A stretch of DNA of 64,000 nucleotides, from the IMG/VR virus record IMGVR_UViG_3300031419_000007; one strand, 5' to 3'. Position 1 is the stretch's first letter. Each line of letters begins with the position of its first letter. Of this stretch, positions 52,113 through 61,166 are shown one piece after another. Position numbers and translations under genes: made by a program. Below the pieces are notes generated by a model. The model made no database searches and had not been told where the DNA came from. It saw only the letters and a list, made by a program, of their open reading frames with translations. The DNA is from a virus (Duplodnaviria; Heunggongvirae; Uroviricota; Caudoviricetes).

Positions 52113-52123
52113 TTACTTATACC
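52113..52123 (-). promoter_or_regulatory. promoter-like motif GGTATAAGTAA followed by 5' hairpin
   Basis: Immediately after the RusA stop. A UUCG hairpin at 52080-52099 lies between the motif and the next start. Confidence 0.45.
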
Positions 52124-52124
52124 A

Positions 52125-52781
52125 TCATTGGTAGACATCAATGAGAATATAGCCATCCGATTTACCGCGGACGATCTCTGAAGAGAACGCACCGGAGCGA
52201 ACGTAGTTATCGTTCAGACGCCAGGTCGAGAACAGGGTGTCGATCGCCGACTTCATCAGGTTCTCGGTGTCAAACGGCTGGGTGTGACCGAACTTAATTT
52301 CCAGGTGAACGTTGCGGTTCTTCTTCAGCCAGCGTGGCTTGGCCGGCACGTGTGACTGGAAGACTTCGGCCCACTCGTTGTATTCTGCTGAACGACGCAG
52401 CTGGCGACGGGCACCGAAGCTGGTGGGTTCGTACATTGCGTTGTGACTCAGGCCGTGCATTGGCAGACGCAGACGGAAGTGCTGACGACCTTCCTGTGCC
52501 GGCGTTGCTGGAGTCACCACGTTCGCCGCCTGGGTTTCCCGCTTGTCTTCAGGCAGGGTCGCGATCAGGGCGTGAGCGTTTGGTGCTGCGATGCAGTAAT
52601 TCTTCTCGCGAAGATCGGTGCCTTCTTTGTGGTATTCCACGACGGCCGAGCCCAGAAGGGGCTTGACAGTGCGGCGGATCCAGTCGCGGAAGCGGCCAGA
52701 CAGGTCATACATCTCGAACAGATCTTGTAAATCAACGTACGGGTGACGACGACCCGGCATAGCGAAAGTTTGTGGCAACAT
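52125..52781 (-). CDS. RusA-like Holliday junction resolvase with ~90 aa N-terminal extension
   Basis: C-terminal FDTENLMKSAIDTLF matches the RusA D-x-D-N...K...D active-site block. Confidence 0.5.
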   Translation of the reverse strand: MLPQTFAMPGRRHPYVDLQDLFEMYDLSGRFRDWIRRTVKPLLGSAVVEYHKEGTDLREKNYCIAAPNAHALIATLPEDKRETQAANVVTPATPAQEGRQHFRLRLPMHGLSHNAMYEPTSFGARRQLRRSAEYNEWAEVFQSHVPAKPRWLKKNRNVHLEIKFGHTQPFDTENLMKSAIDTLFSTWRLNDNYVRSGAFSSEIVRGKSDGYILIDVYQ

Positions 52782-52813
52782 GAATATCTCCTCTTGTTGC
52801 CACCACTATATGC

Positions 52814-53179
52814 TTAAAAAGCCGCCATGTAAAGGGAATACCAAAAAATGATCAACAGGTACGTCAGATTGTGAAACATCTGGTCCAGACCGAGGTAGTT
52901 CCAGAACGCCCGAGAGTTGAACTCCGCCTTGGCTTTCTGGGCCTTCCAGTAGTCAATCGACCAGTGGATGATGAACTCGGAGACAGCAATCACGAGGGCG
53001 GTCGGCAGGTCCATAAAGAACAGCAGGATGACCAAGGTGGCCGAGGCGTGGGTCGTCACGTGAAGTGTCAGCGGCAGGCGCCAACCTTTCTCGGCGGACT
53101 TACGCAGCATATAGGGAGTTTGCCAATAGAAGTCGAACAGGAAGTGCTTAACGAACAGTAGGGCGAGCAGTAGGTACAT
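52814..53179 (-). CDS. DUF3307-like membrane protein
   Basis: Four TM segments. HWSIDYWKAQK and FDFYWQ motifs. Confidence 0.45.
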   Translation of the reverse strand: MYLLLALLFVKHFLFDFYWQTPYMLRKSAEKGWRLPLTLHVTTHASATLVILLFFMDLPTALVIAVSEFIIHWSIDYWKAQKAKAEFNSRAFWNYLGLDQMFHNLTYLLIIFWYSLYMAAF

Positions 53180-53408
53180 GAGTAGTCTCCGTTAGAAAAA
53201 ACTAAGGCCGGATGACCGGCCTGAGAACCCCGAAGGGTTTTTAACAAGGAGAACAACATTCATGATTGACTACTCTATTTTACACGAAGGAGGAAGGCAG
53301 CCATCGGTATCATGAACGGGTCCTGCAGTAATCCTACCACAGCGAGCAAACGTGTCAAGTTCCGATGACGTTACAGTGAAAAGGTTGAGGTCTGGCGGAA
53401 AAGTCCCG

Positions 53409-53648
53409 GTTGGTACGTTTGAACGGAATCTACGCGGAAACCCACACCGCCCTATAGCTTTCTTACCCAAGCATACTGACTCTCTATATATCTCTAAAAA
53501 AGCCTTAGTAAGTAGTTTATAGTATAGGGGAACAGTTACACTATAAAGTGTGTCAAGGGTGACGTACCAAACGTATCGGCGTACCAACTCACTGTAAACC
53601 CTTGTGGCATAAGGCTTTTTGTTGGTACGTGGCTGGAACATTTGGCGT
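53409..53648. repeat. copy 2 of duplicated ~235 bp iteron-like intergenic element
   Basis: About 95% identical to 14202-14436, same orientation. Directly upstream of the HU gene promoter. Confidence 0.8.
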
Positions 53649-53685
53649 ATCATTGGTGTATCAAGGATCTTTTGCTAAAAAATAC

Positions 53686-53714
53686 TTGCATGCTGATTTT
53701 CCTTGAGCTATTAT
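53686..53714 (+). promoter_or_regulatory. sigma70-type promoter for the HU gene
   Basis: TTGCAT (53686-53691), 17-nt spacer, TATTAT (53709-53714). AGGAGA RBS at 53735-53740, 8 nt before the ATG. Confidence 0.6.
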
Positions 53715-53748
53715 CCTTCCATCGAATCTAATACAGGAGAACATCGAT

Positions 53749-54024
53749 ATGAACAAATCTGAACTGATTGCTAAAGTTGCCGAAGATCTGGAACTGCCAA
53801 AGACCCGTGTTGCTCAAGTTGCTAACGCACTGTTTGACTCAATCGTTGGTAAAGTTGCTGAAGGCGAAACCGTTGGTATCACTGGTTTCGGTACTTTCTC
53901 AAGCCGTGATCGCGCTGAGCGTAACGGTCGCAACCCACAGACCGGCGACGCACTGGTGATTGAAGCCCGCAAGGCTCCTCACTTCCGTAGCGGTCGTGGT
54001 TTCAAAGAAGCGGTTAACGGCTAA
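53749..54024 (+). CDS. HU/IHF-family DNA-binding protein
   Basis: MNKSELIAKVAEDLELPKT...GFGTFSSRDRAERNGRNPQTGDALVIEARKAPHFRSG is colinear with E. coli HU-alpha/beta. Confidence 0.9.
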   Translation: MNKSELIAKVAEDLELPKTRVAQVANALFDSIVGKVAEGETVGITGFGTFSSRDRAERNGRNPQTGDALVIEARKAPHFRSGRGFKEAVNG

Positions 54025-54044
54025 AAGCTGGTTTCCTGCTGGAA

Positions 54045-54072
54045 AGGGCTCCTTAGGGAGCCCTTTTTGTTT
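54045..54072. terminator. bidirectional rho-independent terminator
   Basis: AGGGCTCC-TTAG-GGAGCCCT then TTTTGTTT. Lies between the convergent HU (+) gene and the minus gene. Confidence 0.7.
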
Positions 54073-54853
54073 ATTTCATGCCGATCAAATCAGCGATACG
54101 CTCTTCGAACTTCTCAGAGAAATGCTCAGCGGTGAACATCGCTTGACGCAGGCGACGTGTAGTCTTACGACCTACCGTCTTCGCCATATCCATCACGCCA
54201 TCGGCACCAGCCGGCACGTTGTTCTTCGCAAAGTACAGACCAATCTCCGACTCGACCGTCTGAATCACAGTCAGTTCAACCGGGGTCATGTACGTCCAGC
54301 CAGACTTGCGGCGGACCGTGTTAGCTTGGATATCGATGTCTTCGGCATCCAGTGCTTCAACCAGAATGTGCTTCACGACCTGTTCCATCACGTTCAGATG
54401 CTCAGGTGTCTCAGCTTGGCTTTCCAGCAGGTTGCTCAGGAAGTTGGTGCTCACCGCACCTAGGCCCTGGACGTAATCTTCCAGAATGCCTTCAGTGGTA
54501 GAACGCGGGTTAACCGCATAGCCGCGGGCCCAGTAGTTGTACAGGACGTCCACGCACTCTAAGCGGTAGCGGGCCAGCTTCTCACGGAGATCTTCACGGA
54601 CCTTGTTCGGGTTGATCGAGAAGAGGTACGCAGGAATGGATTTCACCGGCATGACCAGCATGTCCTGCTCGCGTCCGGAAGAATCGTGCGTTGTCATATG
54701 ACAACACATGTAGATAGGGTCATCGAGTTTGCGGGTTTGAGTACCCCAATCCAGACCTAAGTTTTCCACCAAACGACGCATCGCAACGCCAGGCTGTCCG
54801 TTTTCCAGCTCGACCACATCAATCATGTCGCCGTAGAATTCGATCTGTTTCAT
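54071..54853 (-). CDS. Ant/KilA-like paralog 3
   Basis: VKSIPAYLFSINPNKV ... RYRLECVDVLYNYWARGYAVNPR matches the family N-domain. Confidence 0.6.
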   Translation of the reverse strand: MKQIEFYGDMIDVVELENGQPGVAMRRLVENLGLDWGTQTRKLDDPIYMCCHMTTHDSSGREQDMLVMPVKSIPAYLFSINPNKVREDLREKLARYRLECVDVLYNYWARGYAVNPRSTTEGILEDYVQGLGAVSTNFLSNLLESQAETPEHLNVMEQVVKHILVEALDAEDIDIQANTVRRKSGWTYMTPVELTVIQTVESEIGLYFAKNNVPAGADGVMDMAKTVGRKTTRRLRQAMFTAEHFSEKFEERIADLIGMK

Positions 54854-54939
54854 AACTCACTCCAGTTGAGGGCATATACCCACACGTCAATCAAAAAGGT
54901 TGGTAGAGAATGGGGCCACCCGAAGGCAGCCCCAGAGTA

Positions 54940-55716
54940 TTACACTTTTTCCAGCACTTCGAACGCACGGTCAGCGATCTTAGACAGCTCGTTTTCAATG
55001 CCTTCGTCCAGGTACTGCAGGACATGTTCAACCGGTTGCTCTTCAGCGATCACGTGGTCGATCAGACGAACCGCAGAACGCTCCATGGCCGCCAGCAGGT
55101 AAGAGTCAACACCGAACACTTTGGTATCCACCGGCTCGTTCTCTGCCTTCATTGGGCCGCGACCCAGACGATCCCAGCAGAAGCAGATCAGGTGGTGATA
55201 CGTGTCGTCTTCATCCATTGCCACGCCGCCGGCCCGGCCGTAATCACACAGACGCTTAACCGCTTCGACCAGCTGCGGACGAGACAGTTTGCGGGCATCG
55301 CGGTATTTGGTGCTTTCAGTGTTGCCACGCTCCAGGCGAACGTTGATCGCCAGGCCTTTGTTCCAGTAGTCGTTCAGGACGTCGACGCACTCAGACTGGA
55401 AGAGTTCCAGACGGGCACGGGCTTCCGGGTTCAGAGCATCCGGGTTCATGGAGAACAGGAAAGCATGCAGCTTGGTCAGCGGGACTACGACTTCATCGTA
55501 CTGGCCACCTTTGCCATCGCTGACACGCAAGTTCTTGGCGCCAAAGCGACGGTCATTCTTCAGACGCTGATACTCATCGCCATAGTTCACGCCGATTGCT
55601 TCAACCAGACCGTGGATTGGGATCATCGGCTGGTCATGTTCATCCGGAACAACCTGGATGGTGAAGCCGAAAACGTTAACCTTATGGATATCTCTTAACA
55701 GGAAATGGGCAGACAT
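54940..55716 (-). CDS. Ant/KilA-like paralog 4
   Basis: LTKLHAFLFSMNPDAL ... FQSECVDVLNDYWNKGLAINVR. Confidence 0.6.
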   Translation of the reverse strand: MSAHFLLRDIHKVNVFGFTIQVVPDEHDQPMIPIHGLVEAIGVNYGDEYQRLKNDRRFGAKNLRVSDGKGGQYDEVVVPLTKLHAFLFSMNPDALNPEARARLELFQSECVDVLNDYWNKGLAINVRLERGNTESTKYRDARKLSRPQLVEAVKRLCDYGRAGGVAMDEDDTYHHLICFCWDRLGRGPMKAENEPVDTKVFGVDSYLLAAMERSAVRLIDHVIAEEQPVEHVLQYLDEGIENELSKIADRAFEVLEKV

Positions 55717-55787
55717 ATAAACTCCTTTGGGGAAAAGAAAGAGGGGACGTGGTCCCCAGCATGTTTCTTATACCGTCAGATTCGAAA

Positions 55788-56621
55788 TTATCGAACCTCG
55801 GTTGTGGACCATAACTGCACACCGGCCATCAAACCTTCCGCAATTTGGTGGAAAGCGGCGATGAGTTCGGCGTCGAGCATGGTGATGGATTGTGACGGTG
55901 AGGATTGACTGACGATGACTTCATTCATGTAGCGGGCGATGAAGTCTTCCGCCACGGCCAGACGATACAGGTCGAACCCGTTCTTTGACTCTTCCGGTTT
56001 CATCACCAGGTTAGTGGGGAAGAATTCCATCAGAAGCATGTACAGGCCTTGCTGCAGTTTTTTCTTGCTGTACGGCTCACCGACCCGCTCGGCGTAGTCG
56101 ACAAACTGGTCCAGCACGCGGTCGAGGTTCTGTCGGGCAACCCGCCACATAGAGCCGAGTTTGGCGAATTGGGAGTCGGCATTAGGGTTAATCGCGATGC
56201 CTTGCATCCAATAGGAGTGCAGAGCTGCGACACATTCACCCTGGTACTTTTCCAGATTCTCACGCAGGTTGACGCGTTCCTCACAGATTTCGCCGTTAGC
56301 GTCGATGACTTCCTGGTTGAACCAGAGTTCATCCCGTTTGTCGATACGAATCGAGAAGAGCCACGCGTTGAGCTTACTCAGGGGTAGCACCACGTATTCA
56401 CTCTCGGTGGCGCCGTCGTTGACAACAATGATTTGAGCGAGGAACTTAAGTTCGAACTGTGCACGTTCCAACAATTCGTCGCGGAATGGATCAAGCCCAA
56501 GCTGGGAGATGAGGTCGTTGATGATAACGCCTTGCTCTTCCATTTCGGGGTACTTCACGGTGGGAATGAGACGGCCAATAAAATTGACCCACTGAATGTC
56601 TTCCGGGTAATAATGTTTCAT
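55788..56621 (-). CDS. Ant/KilA-like paralog 5
   Basis: Start MKHYYPED with GGAGGA RBS. LSKLNAWLFSIRIDK ... YQGECVAALHSYWMQGIAINPN. Confidence 0.55.
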   Translation of the reverse strand: MKHYYPEDIQWVNFIGRLIPTVKYPEMEEQGVIINDLISQLGLDPFRDELLERAQFELKFLAQIIVVNDGATESEYVVLPLSKLNAWLFSIRIDKRDELWFNQEVIDANGEICEERVNLRENLEKYQGECVAALHSYWMQGIAINPNADSQFAKLGSMWRVARQNLDRVLDQFVDYAERVGEPYSKKKLQQGLYMLLMEFFPTNLVMKPEESKNGFDLYRLAVAEDFIARYMNEVIVSQSSPSQSITMLDAELIAAFHQIAEGLMAGVQLWSTTEVR

Positions 56622-56637
56622 GGTGTGTTCCTCCATG

Positions 56638-56648
56638 TTACTTATACC
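56638..56648 (-). promoter_or_regulatory. promoter-like motif GGTATAAGTAA
   Basis: 17-27 nt upstream of the ATG at 56621. Confidence 0.45.
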
Positions 56649-56660
56649 CGGAAGATCTTT

Positions 56661-56846
56661 TTACGTTGACGCTTTCAAGGCAGGATAAACGTCTTCATAC
56701 TGATCGATGGCCCGGGCAAGGTCGCCGAAGAAGCCGAGAGCGTTACCTGCCGTGTCCCGCAGGTTCTCGATCGCCCCGGGTTTCCCCAGAGCGGCTTCGA
56801 GTTGCCGCAACCGCAGGTAGATTTCCTGATGCGTCTCCATGATCAA
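56661..56846 (-). CDS. small hypothetical protein
   Basis: 61 aa ORF coupled to the RtcB gene. Confidence 0.35.
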   Translation of the reverse strand: MIMETHQEIYLRLRQLEAALGKPGAIENLRDTAGNALGFFGDLARAIDQYEDVYPALKAST

Positions 56847-57988
56847 CCTTTCACGTTAATGAGCGGTTTGATGTAATGGACGATGTCGACCAGGTCTTCC
56901 TGCAGCTCCATCACTTTGAAGATGTCCTTGTAGGCGAACGGGGATTCGTCGACCGTGCTCTGGCCAACGGTTGCCGCCGGGATATCCTTCATCGCTTCCT
57001 GGAACTGCTCCAGCGTCACTTGCTCTTTCGCCTTACGACGGGACAGCACGCGGCCGGCACCGTGAGAGGACGAGTTCATCGATTCCGGATTGCCGAGACC
57101 CCGCACGATGAAGCATCCATCACGCATGTTCCCTGGGATCACACCCATCATGCCCGGGTCCGCATGGGTCGCCCCTTTACGGTGGATCCAGCGGCCGTTA
57201 ACGTTTTCGGCGTGATTGTGGTTCCGGTTAATGAATTCGAGCGGCTGTAAGTTATTCACACCGATCACCTGAGCGATTGCCCGCATGGTCCGCTGAGCAA
57301 TCAGCTGACGGTTCGCCAGGGCAAACTGCAGGCCGTACTCCAGGTTCATGATGTAGTCATTGGCTTCCGGTGTCCCCATCACTAACGCGTGGGCTTCTTC
57401 CGGCTTGCCACCTTTAGCTGCGATCTTCATGTAATCCGACGCGATGCCGTGACCGACAGAACGCGAACCGGAGTGGATGATGATCCACAGTTCGGACTGC
57501 TCGTCATAACCAATCTCAACAAAGTGGTTACCACCACCCAGGGTACCGAGGCACTGCGGGCCGTATCCCACGTGGTCAATCACGTCTTTGGTGAAGCGAG
57601 CACCCAGGCCGTGAACAAACGGACGGGCTTCTTCCGCCTGGCGGGCAGAGTTCTTGGTGAATCCGACCGGCACGTGCTGACGGATCGCTTCGTAAATTGC
57701 CTGCTCGTAACCTTCGATGTCACTGGCAGAGATATTCAGTTTGGTTGCCGACATGCCGCAGCCGATATCATAGCCTACGAACGACGGATAGATGGTACCC
57801 ACAGTTGCCACGACAGCACCGATAGGCAGGACGTAGCCGGTATGAGCGTCCGGCATCAACGCACCCTGGACCACGTCAGGGAGGGCCATACAATTGACGA
57901 ACTGATCGATAGCGCCAGACTCCAGCACTTCCGCGTAGATTTTGTATGGCTTACCCAGGGCATCCAGTTTTTTGAGTTGCATTGTCAT
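56843..57988 (-). CDS. rtcB: RNA-splicing ligase RtcB (3'-phosphate/5'-hydroxyl RNA ligase)
   Basis: 381 aa with MPDAHTGYVLPIG, GYDIGCGM, GGGNHFVEIG and SSHGAGR. These are the RtcB metal- and GTP-binding motifs. Confidence 0.9.
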   Translation of the reverse strand: MTMQLKKLDALGKPYKIYAEVLESGAIDQFVNCMALPDVVQGALMPDAHTGYVLPIGAVVATVGTIYPSFVGYDIGCGMSATKLNISASDIEGYEQAIYEAIRQHVPVGFTKNSARQAEEARPFVHGLGARFTKDVIDHVGYGPQCLGTLGGGNHFVEIGYDEQSELWIIIHSGSRSVGHGIASDYMKIAAKGGKPEEAHALVMGTPEANDYIMNLEYGLQFALANRQLIAQRTMRAIAQVIGVNNLQPLEFINRNHNHAENVNGRWIHRKGATHADPGMMGVIPGNMRDGCFIVRGLGNPESMNSSSHGAGRVLSRRKAKEQVTLEQFQEAMKDIPAATVGQSTVDESPFAYKDIFKVMELQEDLVDIVHYIKPLINVKG

Positions 57989-58060
57989 ATCCTCTATTTG
58001 ATTGAGCTGTGAGCATAACCCATTATTGGCTAAAAAGGAAGCGTCGCTTCCCTTTAGTTG

Positions 58061-58669
58061 TTACCGTAACTGATTCGTCTGAAGCCACGCGGCGTCATGA
58101 CTCTGGTTGGAGTCGTAGAGAGCGAACTCGATCTCCATCTCTTTGTGGAATTCAAAGCCGTGGCCCGCCAGGACTTCACGCAGGGCTACTGTCTGAGAAT
58201 GGAAGGAGGTTGCCGTCGTGTGGTACTTACGAAGGGTCGCCATCCGGATTTCCCGACCGTTCAGGTACTTCTTGAACGCATTCCGGGAGACGTGGAAGTC
58301 CAGACGCCGCGAGAGATCCCGAAGCTCATCCACCTGCCGGTCCGTGCACAGCACTTGAATGTGGGACTCAAAGTACTGATTTGGAAGCGGTGTCGCCGCC
58401 CACGGGTGCTGCAGTGACGTTTCAAGCTTGGAGCGAATAACCCGGAAGCCAACAGCTTGCAGGACAGTGATCTGCTTGTTCATTTCCTTGACGGCTTCGT
58501 TCTGGTTTTCGCTCATCATCCGGTAGGACGACATCACGTCAACCAGCGGTTCAGCATCGATCACGATGGCCTTCGCGTTAAACGACGCACAAACCGATTG
58601 GAATTTCTCAAGCTCATCCGTACGGTTAGGGTCCAGCGGTACCGTCAAGTGGATTTCATACGGGATCAT
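58061..58669 (-). CDS. 2H phosphoesterase (LigT/cyclic phosphodiesterase-like)
   Basis: Two H-x-[ST]-x motifs: IHLTV near the N-terminus and FHVSR about 110 aa later. Confidence 0.45.
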   Translation of the reverse strand: MIPYEIHLTVPLDPNRTDELEKFQSVCASFNAKAIVIDAEPLVDVMSSYRMMSENQNEAVKEMNKQITVLQAVGFRVIRSKLETSLQHPWAATPLPNQYFESHIQVLCTDRQVDELRDLSRRLDFHVSRNAFKKYLNGREIRMATLRKYHTTATSFHSQTVALREVLAGHGFEFHKEMEIEFALYDSNQSHDAAWLQTNQLR

Positions 58670-58914
58670 ACGAGCTCCACTTTTACATCAATCAAATTGA
58701 CTTCAATCGCACGGACCGACGTATCGATGTTCATGGCCTCTAACTGCAGGTCATCCAGGTTCAGTACTCGAACCTCATGACTATCAAGGTATCCAATAAG
58801 ACGAAAAACCGTTTGACCGTTGTCATCAATCCGGAAGTAAGTTCCATACGATAGTTGGCGAAGAAGAACTGGCTGATCGGCGCCTTCAATGTACTGCGTG
58901 TTGATCTGAGTCAT
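58666..58914 (-). CDS. hypothetical protein
   Basis: 82 aa ORF. Confidence 0.45.
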   Translation of the reverse strand: MTQINTQYIEGADQPVLLRQLSYGTYFRIDDNGQTVFRLIGYLDSHEVRVLNLDDLQLEAMNIDTSVRAIEVNLIDVKVELV

Positions 58915-59165
58915 TTCGTATCTACCTCGATGCGGACGGCTTTGATATCAACCGGGCGGACAATCTGATTTGTCGGCGGGAAGATGGCAGTCAAATCCTC
59001 CATCACGAGGACCGTAGCAAAATCACTATGCCCGTGCCGCTCACAAGGGTTGACCAAGAGACGGTACAGCTGGTCACCCATTGTGTAAAAACTACCTTCG
59101 GGTAAATCCCCGAGTTCACGCTGAACTACATTGCCATTATTTACAGCTAAATGAATATTGGTCAT
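58911..59165 (-). CDS. hypothetical protein
   Basis: Start MTNIHLAVNNG with AGGAG RBS, preceded by a GGGCC-UUCG-GGCCC hairpin. Confidence 0.4.
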   Translation of the reverse strand: MTNIHLAVNNGNVVQRELGDLPEGSFYTMGDQLYRLLVNPCERHGHSDFATVLVMEDLTAIFPPTNQIVRPVDIKAVRIEVDTK

Positions 59166-59193
59166 ATTCACTCCTTTAGGGCCCGAAGGCCCG

Positions 59194-59889
59194 TTAGAAA
59201 TTCCACGGCACGATGTGCTTCTCGATGCCTTCCCGAATGTACTGCATTGCTGTGTCAAAGTCTTGCCCATTCTCCACGCAGAAGACGACGACATCCGTGC
59301 ACAGCGTGAGTGCAAGGTTGATCATGTCTAACTGACGGGCGTCGAGGTTGTCTATCGGGGTCATAGCCCCAAAGTTCACCTCTCGTAAACACAACTGGAT
59401 AATCTCGGTAGCGTCACCGTCCAGTGCCTTTACGACTTGCCCCAATTGGTAGCGATTGTGGTTAACCAGCAATCGTCTCCAATCAAGTGCATGCTGCGAC
59501 GCCTGACTCTTCTCTAAGCGGGACCAGTGACGGTCTGCTTCCACCATGAAACGCTGACGGTACTCGGCAAGGTTACCGGCAACGTCAGGCTTCAGGGTTT
59601 GGATAGGGATTGAGTACAGGTAGTCGTTAATGTTGGCCAACGGGATGAACAGAGAGTTCTGCTTAATCCCGCCGTTATAAGAAAAGTCCTTGGAGATTTG
59701 TAGCGCTCTCACCAAGACCTCATCCCCGCTCAGTCGGTCACTCTCCGCAAGCAGTGGCAGACCGATTTGTTCCATCAAGCTTCGCATGTCCACGAAGACC
59801 ATCTCCCCGGTTTCATCCAGGAAGGTGGACACACCGGGACCGCCGTCAAGACTGACGTACTCGGCCCGGCGGAAAGTTAACGATTTCAT
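59194..59889 (-). CDS. Ant/KilA-like paralog 6
   Basis: IPLANINDYLYSIPIQTL ... YRQRFMVEADRHW. Confidence 0.5.
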   Translation of the reverse strand: MKSLTFRRAEYVSLDGGPGVSTFLDETGEMVFVDMRSLMEQIGLPLLAESDRLSGDEVLVRALQISKDFSYNGGIKQNSLFIPLANINDYLYSIPIQTLKPDVAGNLAEYRQRFMVEADRHWSRLEKSQASQHALDWRRLLVNHNRYQLGQVVKALDGDATEIIQLCLREVNFGAMTPIDNLDARQLDMINLALTLCTDVVVFCVENGQDFDTAMQYIREGIEKHIVPWNF

Positions 59890-59891
59890 GC

Positions 59892-60260
59892 TTACGCCTT
59901 AGGAAGACAGATGTTAACGAATTGGCGACCTTCCAGAGCCTTGAAGCGTGGGTACATACGCTCGAGCATCTTGTCACAGGATTTCTCATCCGGTGTCTCG
60001 ATGACGATATCATGGTACAGGGGCTCCGTGGTATTTTCTTTCATGCCCAGGGCGATGATACCCCATTCACCGTTGAGCTTGGCCGGCTGGCTGACTAAGC
60101 GGCCAGGAGCACACTCGAGGGTGACGGTGTAATTGCCGGTGGTGCTGTAAATGGCACGTGCTTTAGCGGTTTCACATGCGGACTCATTGCCATAGGCATA
60201 ATCCATTTCGATCGGGGGTTGTGAACCTAACGCAACTGTAAGTACGAGTGCGGTAATCAT
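59892..60260 (-). CDS. secreted/periplasmic hypothetical protein
   Basis: N-terminal signal-like MITALVLTVALGS. Four Cys. Confidence 0.5.
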   Translation of the reverse strand: MITALVLTVALGSQPPIEMDYAYGNESACETAKARAIYSTTGNYTVTLECAPGRLVSQPAKLNGEWGIIALGMKENTTEPLYHDIVIETPDEKSCDKMLERMYPRFKALEGRQFVNICLPKA

Positions 60261-60288
60261 GATGTTTCTCCTTAAAGGGTTGTTACAC

Positions 60289-60299
60289 CTTACTTATAC
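60289..60299 (-). promoter_or_regulatory. promoter-like motif GGTATAAGTAAGG
   Basis: 29 nt upstream of the ATG at 60260. Confidence 0.45.
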
Positions 60300-61124
60300 C
60301 ACCACAATGCGATCCTCGAGAATCTCAATGTAATGATCCCCAAAGCCTTTCATCAAAACCTCGCCCGGGTAGCCATGAGGGTTTGACACCACGCGACAGA
60401 TCTTGTCGTTGATTTCAATTTCATAGTTCGCCCGCTCATGGATATGGCCATGGATCCATACGTCAGGTTCGATACGCTCGTCCCGCAGCCAGTCGTCCAA
60501 TGCACTGGCATACGCGGCATTGACCTTGGCGGTTTCCGTATAGGAAGGCTTGCGATACTCCTTGCCGATCGACAGGAACGTCGGAGCGTGATGCGTCATG
60601 ACGATAAATCGCCACCCTTTCGGTAAAGACCGAGCAGCTTTCTTCAGGGAAACACGGGCTTGGTAGTGGAAAGCTCTCGTGTCTTCCGGGTTGAGGAACA
60701 TGTCGATACCCACCGGACGCTGATACAGGATGGACTTGTAGTCATTCATGCGGCGTTCAGCGGCTTTCATGCACTCCGGGTCATCATGGAAGTTCGTCCA
60801 CATGATGTCGCCCCAAATACGGGTTTTCTCCAGATGGAGATCCATGTAGTCTTGGTTCATCGAGTTAACCCCATTGATGTCCGCCAAGCCTTCGAGCACA
60901 CGGCCGTACTCCGCACCGTAGAACTCATGGTTACCCGGGATATGCAGGACCAGACCTTTGTCTGCTGCCAGTTCCAAAATGGTGCGGGTATGTGGGTGTC
61001 GCCACTCCCCAACGTCACCGGCGAACAGGAACCCGTCGTACTTCGTCATGTCAATCTTGCTGGTGAAAGGTTTAACGTCATCCCAGAAATCGGCGTGTAA
61101 ATCCGAGCCGTACCACAGTTTCAT
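60294..61124 (-). CDS. calcineurin-like metallophosphoesterase
   Basis: Start MKLWYGSDLHADF with GGGAGA RBS. GSDLHAD, GDVGEW, GNHEF and HGHIHE metallophosphatase motifs. Confidence 0.65.
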   Translation of the reverse strand: MKLWYGSDLHADFWDDVKPFTSKIDMTKYDGFLFAGDVGEWRHPHTRTILELAADKGLVLHIPGNHEFYGAEYGRVLEGLADINGVNSMNQDYMDLHLEKTRIWGDIMWTNFHDDPECMKAAERRMNDYKSILYQRPVGIDMFLNPEDTRAFHYQARVSLKKAARSLPKGWRFIVMTHHAPTFLSIGKEYRKPSYTETAKVNAAYASALDDWLRDERIEPDVWIHGHIHERANYEIEINDKICRVVSNPHGYPGEVLMKGFGDHYIEILEDRIVVV

Positions 61125-61166
61125 ATTGTCTCCCAAAAAATAAACGGGGAGTTACCTCCCCGCTTG

